A stretch of DNA of 64,000 bases. It comes from Phycisphaerae bacterium. Its GTDB lineage: Bacteria > Planctomycetota > Phycisphaerae > UBA1845. The notes under the pieces were generated by a model, which did not search any database, was not told where the DNA came from, and worked only from the letters and a program-made list of their open reading frames with translations. The position numbers and the translations under genes are program-made. This document shows, one piece after another, positions 1 through 9,330 of this stretch (position 1 is the first letter of the stretch; every line of letters begins with the position of its first letter). Location of the stretch: NCBI GenBank assembly GCA_963675765.1, contig OY776568.1, positions 635,213-699,212 of the forward strand, written 5' to 3'.

Positions 1-437
1 TCCTGCCGCGGCCCATCCCCACAACAGCACGTCACTCTCCTGCTGCAACAGCATGCTATTCCCGAAGACTCCGGGAAGCTTAACGTCTGCCGCAACCTCT
101 TGTGTTTCTTCAATGAAAGATGCACAGACCAATAGCCATACGCCGAACAACAGTCGATTTCCGTATCTCATACTCGCGATTCTCCTTCTAGAGCAAACTC
201 TGCTCAAGTGTAACGTCTTAGCCGCGGTTTTCTCCAGTGGATTCTCATTGTCTGACGCCACGCTTGGACTCACAGCGTCATAACGATTCATCATCCCACA
301 TGCAGATTGTCTGTTGTTGATCGAGTGGGCAGACGTCAGGCGTCCCGCGGCAAATATGCGGTCCTGGAAATCAGGAGGCACCTGCGCGGGTAAAGAAGGA
401 AGACAGGCTTATTGGAATGCGAACAACGCCGGTAGAA

Positions 438-3400
438 TCACTCGGTGATGTACGCTCTCTGGAATGAATCGAAGTCCCGCAAGTCAACATCTCCGTCCAG
501 ATCGAAGTCGTACGCCTCGCAATCGGGATCGGAGTAGGCGGTGTCGGGCCCCAGTAGGCAATCACCAAATCCGGAGAAGTCGACGAGATCGGTATCGCCA
601 TCGCCGTCCGCATCGCCACTGGGCCACCACTTCACAAAACTCAGCTTCAAGCCATCGGAGTAGACACGCTGATTCCAGCCGGCAGCGGGCTTGCCGGAGA
701 CAGTCTCTTCCGACACGTTTATAGAGCAGGAGCTTGCGTTCTGCCCAGCCTGAAACCAGTACTGCCCCAAGGAGATCCACTGATCGTAGTTGCTGGGCTC
801 CGGTGCACCGCTGGATATCTGATCCACAAGCTGGACCGAGCCGCCATGATTGTGGTTTATCGTATACTGCGCGTCGTAGCAGTTCGCACCGTTTGCCCAA
901 GTGACAAACACTTCATACTTCCCTGCAATCTCAACATCGGGAACGAAGGTGGCATTATCCGTTCCTGAATTGGGAACATCGTAAGTAATGAACCTGCTTC
1001 CCGTACCGGAAAGCCCAGCAGCCGCGCTCTTGACTGAACTGTTGGCCCAACTTCCAGACTCCGCGTACGTAGGAGCGGAGGTCAGTGCACCGGCGGCATC
1101 GCGCGACTCTATGATAATGTCAGCGGGAGGCAACGGAGGCTGGTTGGGATCAAGGCCAAAGAAGTCCAAGACAGCAACCATAATCCCGATTCGCTGTCCG
1201 CTGTCGATAATTGTTTCAAACGGAAAAGCAAGATGGACCAGCCGCCAGACACCGTCATAGAGAACACCGGCCGTTCCACCAGTTCCACCGCTGTAGCTAA
1301 GGACGGCAGCACTGCCGCCGTAGGTGTTGATCACATCCGGATAATCGACCGCGTAAACCTGCGATCCGTCGTCAAATGTAACCGCACCCAACCCGTCGAA
1401 AATCGAACCCACAACGGGGGCGGCAACAAACGTTCCGGCATCATCTGCGCTGAAGTCGGCCTTTAGATAGTTGTTATAGAAGGAAGCGCCGCTTCCCGCA
1501 TAGTCAAGATCCCAACCGATTTCCGCACCGGAAACAAACAGATTGCCTCCGGATGCAAGGTAGTTCATCATTCTCGTCTGTTCGGTACTGTCGAAGGTGT
1601 CATCAACTGTTGACTCTTCGCCGCATTGCCAGATGACTGCATCGTAGCCGCCAAGACCAACATCAGAGTCGCGAACAGCTTCGTTAGCGCAATAGTCAAA
1701 CGCTACGCCCGTGGGCTCGATAGCTGCGGCAAACGTTCGGCTGTAGGCATAGTTATTCATTCGCTCCATGCGTTCTCGAAGCATCGGGTCCGTATCATAG
1801 GGATCGTCTTCAGAGAGCATTGCTGATTTGTCTAAGCGATCGAACCCATTGACGACAAGAATCGGGCTCGCACTCACACTAACCCTGACTGCACCAATCT
1901 CTGACGCGAACGAATATCCACCAGTGTTAACAGCCACAACTCTAAAGTAATATGTTCGACCGGGAGTAAGATCCGTGAAATCCATATAGAGGTTGGTCGT
2001 GGGCTCTCCATCACTGAAACCGAAGCCGTCTTCACTCCTTTGGACCAGATACCCGACGGCCGCGTCACCAAGAAGGTTGTTTCCGTTGTTGTACTGGGGT
2101 GCGTGCCAGCTCACTCTGACTTCGCCGCCACCAGTGTTTCTGACGGCAAGATGTGTCGGCGGCTCAGGAAGAAGGGTGGCGTGGGTAATGGCAGTAGTGT
2201 TCGGGCCATCAGCGTCGTAACGCCACCACTTGACGATAGCTTGATAGACGGCCCGGGAAACCATGTCACGGAAACGAGGATCGAGAATCGAGTTGGCATC
2301 AGTTGCACTGTCGTGATAGGCCACCTCGATAAGGCAACTGGGCATCTCATCGTTGTAGCTGGGATTCAGTTCGCCGAACCAAGCGCTGTAGAGGTATCCC
2401 GGCCAGCTGGCATCATTCCAGGCAATGCGGAGATCGTTGACGACTTCGTCGCGAATGCGTGTCGCCAACGAGTCGGATCCGGCAATACCGCTGAATTCGC
2501 CAAAGGGGCTGGGCGGACTGCCGGGCCCGTATACCCAGACGGATGTGCCATGTCCACTGCCAGTGCTCGCATTTGTATGCCACGAGAAGTATATTGAATC
2601 CTCCCAAGACTCGCTTTCCCAATCGGCGTAAAGAGGCATCGACGACACAGTACCGCCGGCAGCTGTGCCCTTCCCCATAAACACCGGATAGTATGCACCG
2701 GACTCCTCCCATCTTGGTTTGCCTGATACACTTCCTCCGTCGACGTAGTCACCCATACCGCCTCCAAAGCGAACGGCATCGGCAACTACGTACTTGGATA
2801 AGTCCGCCCCCTTATTGGAAATCTCAACCGAGCCCGATGTAGAATCGTTGCCGGCGTTGAAATAATAGACGCCGAGGAACCGCCAGGTGTTCCCGTCGCG
2901 CTGCATGTTGATTGTGTGGGTAGTCGTTCCGCCAGTATGGTTTACCCGCACTGTGGCATCAGTCGCCCTGTTTGAGGCGCTGGGTGTCCAGGTAGACACA
3001 GAGTAATAGCCCGCCTCGGGGATATTCGGAACATAGGTGGCGACTGCCGTCTCGGTTGTGCTGACGGCGCTATACTGATAGTTCGCTCCTTTCCAAGTGC
3101 CAGCACTGGTGCCTGTTGGCCAGGAGCCTGTTGTTGTGAAAGTCGGCGAGCCGTCGTTGTTGTCGACAATCACCATATTAGTATTCAAGTCGCGTTCTCT
3201 GGTAGTCCAGACATTGGCACCGGCGTTGTGCAAGTACCTTGCCAAGTGTTGCAGGACTGCCTCACCGTTACTGTGATCCTCTATCACTCCGTAGGTATTG
3301 CCGCGCTGCGTCGCCCACCGGCCGAGAACAGAGGAGTAGTACCAGCCATGCCCTGGGCTGAGGAATATTGTTTTTCCGCTAAGAGCACCCGCCGGTCGCC

Positions 3401-3947
3401 CAGGATTGTATGTGGGCAACCCCCCTGAGCGTAATCTCCCAGCAGCCTCGGGCTCACCTTCCACCTCCTTCTCCACAGAGCGAGGTCGCGGCAAGTAGCT
3501 GGGAAGCGGAAGGTACTCACCATCCGGCTCATCCACGGATCTGGCCCATACGCCAAAACCACGAAGTGATTCAACCTGGGTAAGAAGCGACACAGACTCG
3601 CGAATCACTGCTTCGCATTGGTCTTCCGAAAGACTCCTGAGAAACTCACTCGGCAGATCAAGATACACACCGACAACGGAATCCTGCACTTCCGTGCGTG
3701 CTAGAACCGTTCCCGCGGGCAGCGGATGCCGGCATTCTTCACATCCGGATGCTCTAAAGTCAACGCTGCCCGACTGGTCAACCCAATCGGCCATTAAACG
3801 AGCCGCCCGCTCCTGAACGTTCTTGCTGGAGGCGTATTCATCGTTAGCCTGCGCCATCGTGAGAGATACGACCAACACGGTACACGAAAACGCGGCCAAT
3901 CGAGCAGTATTGCGAGACATCGTCCACCTCTCTAAAGCAAACTCCAT
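438..3947 (-). CDS. Secreted multidomain protein: Amidase_3-like (N-acetylmuramoyl-L-alanine amidase) catalytic region split by an inserted beta-rich module, FN3 domain, second beta-rich module, C-terminal dockerin-type repeat pair
   Basis: Signal peptide MSRNTARLAAFSCTVLVVSLTMAQA, so the true start is probably the ATG near 3920. Motifs GKTIFLSPGHGW and SCLIEVAYHDSATDANSIL resemble Amidase_3. An FN3-like stretch ends YYFRVVAVNTGG. The C-terminus is DADGDGDTDLVDFSGF...DFDLDGDVDLRDFDSF, matching dockerin type I. Confidence 0.65.
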   Translation of the reverse strand: MEFALERWTMSRNTARLAAFSCTVLVVSLTMAQANDEYASSKNVQERAARLMADWVDQSGSVDFRASGCEECRHPLPAGTVLARTEVQDSVVGVYLDLPSEFLRSLSEDQCEAVIRESVSLLTQVESLRGFGVWARSVDEPDGEYLPLPSYLPRPRSVEKEVEGEPEAAGRLRSGGLPTYNPGRPAGALSGKTIFLSPGHGWYYSSVLGRWATQRGNTYGVIEDHSNGEAVLQHLARYLHNAGANVWTTRERDLNTNMVIVDNNDGSPTFTTTGSWPTGTSAGTWKGANYQYSAVSTTETAVATYVPNIPEAGYYSVSTWTPSASNRATDATVRVNHTGGTTTHTINMQRDGNTWRFLGVYYFNAGNDSTSGSVEISNKGADLSKYVVADAVRFGGGMGDYVDGGSVSGKPRWEESGAYYPVFMGKGTAAGGTVSSMPLYADWESESWEDSIYFSWHTNASTGSGHGTSVWVYGPGSPPSPFGEFSGIAGSDSLATRIRDEVVNDLRIAWNDASWPGYLYSAWFGELNPSYNDEMPSCLIEVAYHDSATDANSILDPRFRDMVSRAVYQAIVKWWRYDADGPNTTAITHATLLPEPPTHLAVRNTGGGEVRVSWHAPQYNNGNNLLGDAAVGYLVQRSEDGFGFSDGEPTTNLYMDFTDLTPGRTYYFRVVAVNTGGYSFASEIGAVRVSVSASPILVVNGFDRLDKSAMLSEDDPYDTDPMLRERMERMNNYAYSRTFAAAIEPTGVAFDYCANEAVRDSDVGLGGYDAVIWQCGEESTVDDTFDSTEQTRMMNYLASGGNLFVSGAEIGWDLDYAGSGASFYNNYLKADFSADDAGTFVAAPVVGSIFDGLGAVTFDDGSQVYAVDYPDVINTYGGSAAVLSYSGGTGGTAGVLYDGVWRLVHLAFPFETIIDSGQRIGIMVAVLDFFGLDPNQPPLPPADIIIESRDAAGALTSAPTYAESGSWANSSVKSAAAGLSGTGSRFITYDVPNSGTDNATFVPDVEIAGKYEVFVTWANGANCYDAQYTINHNHGGSVQLVDQISSGAPEPSNYDQWISLGQYWFQAGQNASSCSINVSEETVSGKPAAGWNQRVYSDGLKLSFVKWWPSGDADGDGDTDLVDFSGFGDCLLGPDTAYSDPDCEAYDFDLDGDVDLRDFDSFQRAYITE

Positions 3948-3974
3948 TCAAATGCAGCGTCCGAACCACGGTTC

Positions 3975-4018
3975 TCTACGGCTAATCCTCGGTGTTTGAC
4001 GCTACGTCTGGGTTTCAC
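3975..4018 (-). repeat. Partial copy (5-prime half, reverse orientation) of the ~85-bp intergenic repeat family
   Basis: ctcggtgtttgacgctacgtctgg matches the family core ccggtgtttgacgctacgcttgg seen at 6340-6365. Confidence 0.5.
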
Positions 4019-4054
4019 CGCCATGGTGTCTTTCGTTTGCGAACAAGCAAACAG

Positions 4055-6235
4055 TCACTCACTCTGATACACCTGTTGGAACAAGGCGAAATCGGTCATA
4101 TCAACTTTCTGGTCGCCGTTACCATCGCCGGTAACACAGAAATGTCCAGGCGAAGTATACTCATATCCGGGTCCGGACAAGCAGTATACGAACCAGGGAA
4201 CGTCATCCAGTCCGACAATGCGATCGCCATTGAAATCGAAAGGCACTCCCGGAATGCCGAGTTCCAGGTCCAACCTCGCCAGAGAACCAGCCGACACGGT
4301 GACGGATTCGGTGATTTCATCGGCGTAGCCATCACCGTCCGCCGTGACTTCATACTCCGTCCCCACCTGCGTTGCGGGAATAAGGGTCACCACGTAGTAC
4401 CCATTGCCATCAGTCTTCACTGACCCGACGCCATCGACCTCAACAGTCGCATCATCCACGGGATTACCAGTATCATAATCAGTGATTCGCCCCCACAGCG
4501 TACCTTCGGTGGCTAGCGTGGGATCGCGCCATGGCATTTCTGGAATCGGGGCTATTCCGGTAAAGAGGTTGGCCCCTACGTAGGGGTACCACGACCAGTC
4601 CGTCTCACCGTATCCGTCGTCGTCCGCATCGACCGTAGAGGTATAGCAGTAGTTCATCGAACCTTCCGCCCCGGCGTTGTACACATACTGCAACTGAATG
4701 ATGCTATTGGCCATACTGTTCAAGTAATTGGCCTGACCGCAGTAGACGTGGCGATCACCGCTATAGCTCACGGCCGCATCGATCCAGCTTCGATACCATG
4801 TGTAATGGGAGGGCTCGCGATCGTCCTTGTAGTTCATGGTCATTCCGGCATCGAGCCACCCGTTCTCCAGCCAGCCCTTCCAATTCTGGAAATAGGAGCT
4901 ATACGCACCGGAACTACTGAAAGTAACCGGTGCTCCACCAGTGCAAATCAAGTCGGCAGTGAAAGCCAGTGGCTGACGCGGATTACCGGTTATCGCAGGA
5001 ATCTCGGCCCGACACCGCCTCACCAACTCGTTGATCGTCCGACGGCGAAAATCGCTCCATTGATTATCATCGTAGTCAGGAACTCCGGTTCTGCCGTATA
5101 TCCTGTTGAAACGTGCCAGCGACGAATTCTCGTAATTCAGATCTGTCGGATAACCAGCATCGGAATATGTGTAACGGATGTAATCCAGGTTGATCCCATC
5201 AATCTCGTAGTTGGTCACCAACTCCTGAATCGAGCTGATGATGTAGTCCTGGGCCTCCGGCGAGCCGGGGTCCAGGATATAATGTCCCCCCACATCCGTG
5301 ATGGTTCCGATGTCACTGTCGCGAACGGTCAGCCATTCCGGATGAGATGCCAGAGTTCCATTGCCGCTTGGCGGCCAGGAGCTACTGACTCTGTAGGTCA
5401 CGAGCCACGCATGCACTTGAAGGCCGTTCTGATGAGCCTTCTGGCACATATAAGCCAATGGATCAAAACTAGTTGTTACGACCGGCGCCCAAGGAATGAT
5501 GCTTGATTTCCAGTACGCACCGTGTCCATTGTCTGATGCTGACGTATCCTTGAAAGCCAACACCTCGGGCACAAGCGCATTATACCCACCGGCCAACGCA
5601 CGAGATATCATGGTGTCGATCTGCGATGCGCTCTTGAACCCCGTGCCAAAAGCATCTATCCAGAAGCCACGAAAAGCCGGAGGATCATAAACTACGTTGA
5701 CGTAATCGAACTGTACGGCGTCGGCAATCACTGTGCCGCTGGAAGCCGTATCGCTGATTGTGACATATCCACCAGTACCTGGGGCGAAGTCGTATGTACC
5801 CAGCGAGTACCACATGCCGCCGTTAACTCGCTGATCAACGTAGACGGTTGTGCTCCCGGAATCGTGATAAACAGTGAATGGCGCATCAGGAGCTCTATTG
5901 CTTCCTGCCGGATAATAGACGGAAACCGTATAGCTTCCCTCTTGCGGCAAATCGGGACGCCATTCGGCACTGGTGACGGTCCCGCCGGCAGATGCGTAGC
6001 GGTAGTCGCTTTCCCAATGGCCTGCGGCGGATGATCCGGTGGACCACGATCCTGACAACACGGAGAACACTCCCTCCGTGTTGAAGGAGTTGTTGTTGTC
6101 CACAATCACCGCTTGCGCGGACGCCACTGCGGCACAACCAAGGAGAACAACGACAACACTGAAACAGAAACGTCGTCTCAACAAACCGAATAGCATGGGC
6201 ATATCAGGTGCACCCCCCTTAAAGACAAGATTCAA
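4055..6235 (-). CDS. Secreted GHL10-like (family-10 glycosyl-hydrolase-like) protein with carboxypeptidase-regulatory-like beta domain and C-terminal dockerin-type repeats
   Basis: Signal peptide MPMLFGLLRRRFCFSVVVVLLGCAAVASA. The motif FRGFWIDAFGTGF is typical of GHL10/DUF187. GRITDYDTGNPVDDATVEVDGVGSVKTDGNGYYVV is CarbopepD_reg-like. The C-terminus is DFNGDRIVGLDDV...GDGNGDQKVDMTDFALF. Confidence 0.6.
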   Translation of the reverse strand: MNLVFKGGAPDMPMLFGLLRRRFCFSVVVVLLGCAAVASAQAVIVDNNNSFNTEGVFSVLSGSWSTGSSAAGHWESDYRYASAGGTVTSAEWRPDLPQEGSYTVSVYYPAGSNRAPDAPFTVYHDSGSTTVYVDQRVNGGMWYSLGTYDFAPGTGGYVTISDTASSGTVIADAVQFDYVNVVYDPPAFRGFWIDAFGTGFKSASQIDTMISRALAGGYNALVPEVLAFKDTSASDNGHGAYWKSSIIPWAPVVTTSFDPLAYMCQKAHQNGLQVHAWLVTYRVSSSWPPSGNGTLASHPEWLTVRDSDIGTITDVGGHYILDPGSPEAQDYIISSIQELVTNYEIDGINLDYIRYTYSDAGYPTDLNYENSSLARFNRIYGRTGVPDYDDNQWSDFRRRTINELVRRCRAEIPAITGNPRQPLAFTADLICTGGAPVTFSSSGAYSSYFQNWKGWLENGWLDAGMTMNYKDDREPSHYTWYRSWIDAAVSYSGDRHVYCGQANYLNSMANSIIQLQYVYNAGAEGSMNYCYTSTVDADDDGYGETDWSWYPYVGANLFTGIAPIPEMPWRDPTLATEGTLWGRITDYDTGNPVDDATVEVDGVGSVKTDGNGYYVVTLIPATQVGTEYEVTADGDGYADEITESVTVSAGSLARLDLELGIPGVPFDFNGDRIVGLDDVPWFVYCLSGPGYEYTSPGHFCVTGDGNGDQKVDMTDFALFQQVYQSE

Positions 6236-6283
6236 CCGACTCCCCCTATCACCCCATCGGCACAGCGAGGCAGCGATCGCAGA

Positions 6284-6368
6284 CTAGAGCAAGCTCTATT
6301 CGAGTATAGCGTCCGACGCCCGGTTTCCTCCGCTAGATTCTCGGTGTTTGACGCTACGCTTGGACTTA
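6284..6368 (-). repeat. Full copy (reverse orientation) of the ~85-bp intergenic repeat family
   Basis: ctagagcaagctctattcgagtatagcgtccgacgcccggtttcctccgctagattctcggtgtttgacgctacgcttggactta is the reverse complement of the copies at 40082 and 60041. Confidence 0.7.
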
Positions 6369-6471
6369 CGATGCAATAGTATTGTAGCAACGAGCGACTT
6401 CAAACCCAATGGGCAGGCTTGTTTATTATAGGACATGCTTTCGGCATACGGCCTCGCGCGGGGATAGGGGC

Positions 6472-6578
6472 ACGACGCTCAATCCCTTCGCAACCCCGGT
6501 GCTGCGTGGGGGAAATGTTTCCGCGCGGACACAAATCGGCTCGTCAGGGATGATAACCGCCATTCTACAACTAGGGTT
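6472..6578. repeat. Left copy of a perfect 107-bp direct duplication flanking the IS1634-family element
   Basis: acgacgctcaatccc...ctacaactagggtt matches 8217-8323 at 107/107 positions on manual base-by-base comparison. Confidence 0.85.
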
Positions 6579-8216
6579 CCTGACTTCAACATTGGGACAC
6601 CCAATCAATGAAGCAGGTCATAGAGAGCCTGCTGTTCGGGGTCCATTTTGAGTAGGATTTGCTGTTTCTGCGGGTCGTTCGGCAAGGTAAAGGTCATCTG
6701 GTACATGGTCTGACACAGTTCGATCGCACGCTTCGGACTTATGGGCAGCGCTGCTTTTCCCAGGCGACGCTCCAGTTCCTTGTAGATTGTGTATGCCACG
6801 AATGCTACAAGCACGTGCGCTTCGATGCGCCGACGCCGGTAGTGATACATCGGGCGGATGCGCAAGTCGGTCTTTGAAATCCGAAACGCCCGTTCAATCT
6901 GCCATAGTTGTCCGTAGTTCTCGATCACCACTTGTGATGACAGGTTCGTATTCGTCAGATACCCCTTGAGCCCGTCCCAACGGGCGGCCTGCGCGACTTT
7001 CGCATCGTCCAGTTTCACCGTTATCTCACCAGTGAGCTTGAGGAACCGGTTATATCCGCGGTTGTTCAAGTGCTCCTTGCTCAACCGCCCACTGCCAATC
7101 CGTTTGCGTAACCGACTCAGACCACGCTCGCGGTTGTACCCATCCTTCTTGGCCCGCGAGTCGGTGTAGGCCACAATCAATCGGCCATATTCATGCTCAA
7201 TCTCTATGCACTGGCCATTCTGTAATCCATCACTGCGTGCGAGGATTGTCTCCTGCATCGTCTGTTTCTCGTTGCGGATCCTGGCGGCCACGATGAACGG
7301 ATAGCCCTGCTGGTTCAATGCTGTGAGGTTCTTATGGCTGAGCATCGCCGCATCGGCAACAACTACCGGAGTACCGACGTCGTACTGCTTAGCTATACGT
7401 TCCAGTACGGGGATCAGCGTCTTACCTTCAAACGTGTTGCCTTCAAAAATGTCGTACCCGATCGGATATCCACCTCGGCCAACCAGCAGGCCGAGCATGA
7501 TCTGAGGATTCTCAAACTTGCCGTCCTTGGAAAAACCAATCCGGCGCAGGTCGTCTTCGTCTTCCGCTTCAAAGTACAGACTGGTCATGTCGTAGAAGAC
7601 CACGCTGATCTGACCGAGGATCGTGCGGGAGTGCTCGTAGGCAATCCGCTGGGCTTGCGGAGTGTATTGCTCGTTGAGACGGTCCAGGAAGCGGTAGATC
7701 TCCTGGACAGAGACGGTCTTACCGTGATAGCGGTACAGGTAATCAATCGTCTTGAGCTTACTGGTTGGGTAAGCTAGCCGAGCGATAACGATGTCGCGGA
7801 AGAGTGCCTCAGGGATTGCGTTAAACCCGACCTCATCGAAAAGCGTACCGAGGATGAGTTCTGGCCCCAGTGTGCGAATCGAGGCATTCTCAAGCGTTTG
7901 GATTACATCCAGAGCGACCGCATTACTCTGTTGGTCTACCGGGAACAGCGGATATTGCCCGCTCTGCCTGGTGATGTGTGCCTTCCCAAGCTCGACAAGG
8001 CGATTGATCTCTTCTGGATCACTTGAGGAACCGATCGTCTTGACCACGCGATAGCCGTTGGTTTTGTCGATGACTTGCACGCTGACCGACCCTGATTGAT
8101 TCCGCTTCTGCCGCACGAACATGGGCCGATTCTACGCGCCGGACACCCAAACCTGAAACACTACCCTTGTAAAATAAGAAGTTACGAGCGAAATTCACCT
8201 ACTTGTCGAAGTCAGG
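6579..8216 (-). mobile_element. IS1634-family insertion sequence (~1.64 kb)
   Basis: Imperfect terminal inverted repeats CCTGACTTCAACA (6579-6591) and TGTCGAAGTCAGG (8204-8216, reverse complement CCTGACTTCGACA), 12/13 matching. It encloses a single transposase ORF and is bracketed by the 107-bp direct repeat. Confidence 0.8.
6605..8122 (-). CDS. IS1634-family (IS4 superfamily) DDE transposase
   Basis: N-terminus MFVRQKRNQSGSVSVQVIDKTNGYRVVKTIGSS is the hallmark of IS1634/ISMac-type transposases. It is about 505 aa and lies between the inverted repeats. Confidence 0.85.
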   Translation of the reverse strand: MFVRQKRNQSGSVSVQVIDKTNGYRVVKTIGSSSDPEEINRLVELGKAHITRQSGQYPLFPVDQQSNAVALDVIQTLENASIRTLGPELILGTLFDEVGFNAIPEALFRDIVIARLAYPTSKLKTIDYLYRYHGKTVSVQEIYRFLDRLNEQYTPQAQRIAYEHSRTILGQISVVFYDMTSLYFEAEDEDDLRRIGFSKDGKFENPQIMLGLLVGRGGYPIGYDIFEGNTFEGKTLIPVLERIAKQYDVGTPVVVADAAMLSHKNLTALNQQGYPFIVAARIRNEKQTMQETILARSDGLQNGQCIEIEHEYGRLIVAYTDSRAKKDGYNRERGLSRLRKRIGSGRLSKEHLNNRGYNRFLKLTGEITVKLDDAKVAQAARWDGLKGYLTNTNLSSQVVIENYGQLWQIERAFRISKTDLRIRPMYHYRRRRIEAHVLVAFVAYTIYKELERRLGKAALPISPKRAIELCQTMYQMTFTLPNDPQKQQILLKMDPEQQALYDLLH

Positions 8217-8323
8217 ACGACGCTCAATCCCTTCGCAACCCCGGTGCTGCGTGGGGGAAATGTTTCCGCGCGGACACAAATCGGCTCGTCAGGGATGATA
8301 ACCGCCATTCTACAACTAGGGTT
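8217..8323. repeat. Right copy of the 107-bp direct duplication; contains the stop codon of the downstream esterase gene
   Basis: Identical to 6472-6578. The TAG stop at 8316-8318 (minus strand) lies inside it. Confidence 0.85.
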
Positions 8324-9248
8324 CAAGCACTATCCAGTCATCCGCCCCACTCGAATCGCTGTTTCCGATAGAACATGCGGCTCGCCCATTAATTTCAATG
8401 GTGGCGTCGGGGCGCACGCGAGAGGGCAAGTCGGACCGATTGATAGCCATTTCACAGACGAGGGAAGTGGTAAGCGAAATATCTCCTGTTGCAGTTATTC
8501 GACCGGAAACCGAGGCCGGGACGTCCGGGGAAAAAGCTTTGGTCACTCGCACCCAGTAGGTTGTTACGGGCGTGTGGCCTGTCGCGACACAGCCGACAAC
8601 AGGTGGCTGAGTGACCAATCGATGATTGTTAAACCAAGAGAGCACTCGGTCAAGATTATCCCCTATCATACTACTGCTGTGACCATACCCGATCTCTTCC
8701 CGATAGCAGAACGAGATTCCCAACTGCGCCAGTTGCTGGGCGGCGTTTCGAGAGTAGCACACGGGCACGACATCGTCGCCAACGTCATGAATGAGAAGTG
8801 GAGAGAGATAGCGAGCATTCGGCAAAAGGGTTATAGGCGCCATTCCGGACATCGGGCAAACGGCCGCAAAGAGATGGGGATTGCGTAAAGCGACATTCCA
8901 CGTTCCCCAGCCGCCCATCGAGTGTCCGGTCAGATACACACGTCGGGGATCGACATCACATAGCTGTATTACTTTCGATCTGATGTCGAGAACATCCTGC
9001 TCTCCGGCATCAGCATAGTAGCTGGGAGGTCGTCCGAGAGGTGCCGCAACCACGTAGCCGTGCTCTTGTGCGACTTGCTTAACCGGAGTTAGGTCGAACC
9101 ACGCATTGTGGTCAACACCCCTTCCGTGAAGAGCCAACACTAGCGGCTTTCCATCAGAACAGCTTGCCTGGGGGACGAAGAGGCGAAACGGTTGGGTACA
9201 CCCATCCGCGGAACTCTCGATAGTCAGCTGATAATCTCCGGGCCTCAT
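8316..9248 (-). CDS. Alpha/beta-hydrolase esterase (phospholipase/carboxylesterase or PHB-depolymerase-type)
   Basis: LVLALHGRGVDHNAW ... GHSMGGWGTWN (nucleophile elbow GxSxG) ... HDVGDDVVP. It has an approximately 90-aa C-terminal extension. Confidence 0.65.
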   Translation of the reverse strand: MRPGDYQLTIESSADGCTQPFRLFVPQASCSDGKPLVLALHGRGVDHNAWFDLTPVKQVAQEHGYVVAAPLGRPPSYYADAGEQDVLDIRSKVIQLCDVDPRRVYLTGHSMGGWGTWNVALRNPHLFAAVCPMSGMAPITLLPNARYLSPLLIHDVGDDVVPVCYSRNAAQQLAQLGISFCYREEIGYGHSSSMIGDNLDRVLSWFNNHRLVTQPPVVGCVATGHTPVTTYWVRVTKAFSPDVPASVSGRITATGDISLTTSLVCEMAINRSDLPSRVRPDATIEINGRAACSIGNSDSSGADDWIVLEP

Positions 9249-9330
9249 GCAACTTCTTCCTCAATCGGAGGTACTTTTCTCGCAAGCCCCACGCTTCCGG
9301 CGGCAGACGATGATCGTCAGCAAACACCGA

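Noticed and set aside
464-5506. Numerous 60-250-aa ORFs on the strand opposite to, or out of frame within, the two large dockerin-protein genes (for example 464-724, 988-1260, 2040-2597, 4748-5506).
   Set aside because: They are shadow ORFs typical of high-GC DNA. Their translations are Arg/Pro/Ser-rich low-complexity sequence with no domain signal, and they lie wholly inside well-supported genes.
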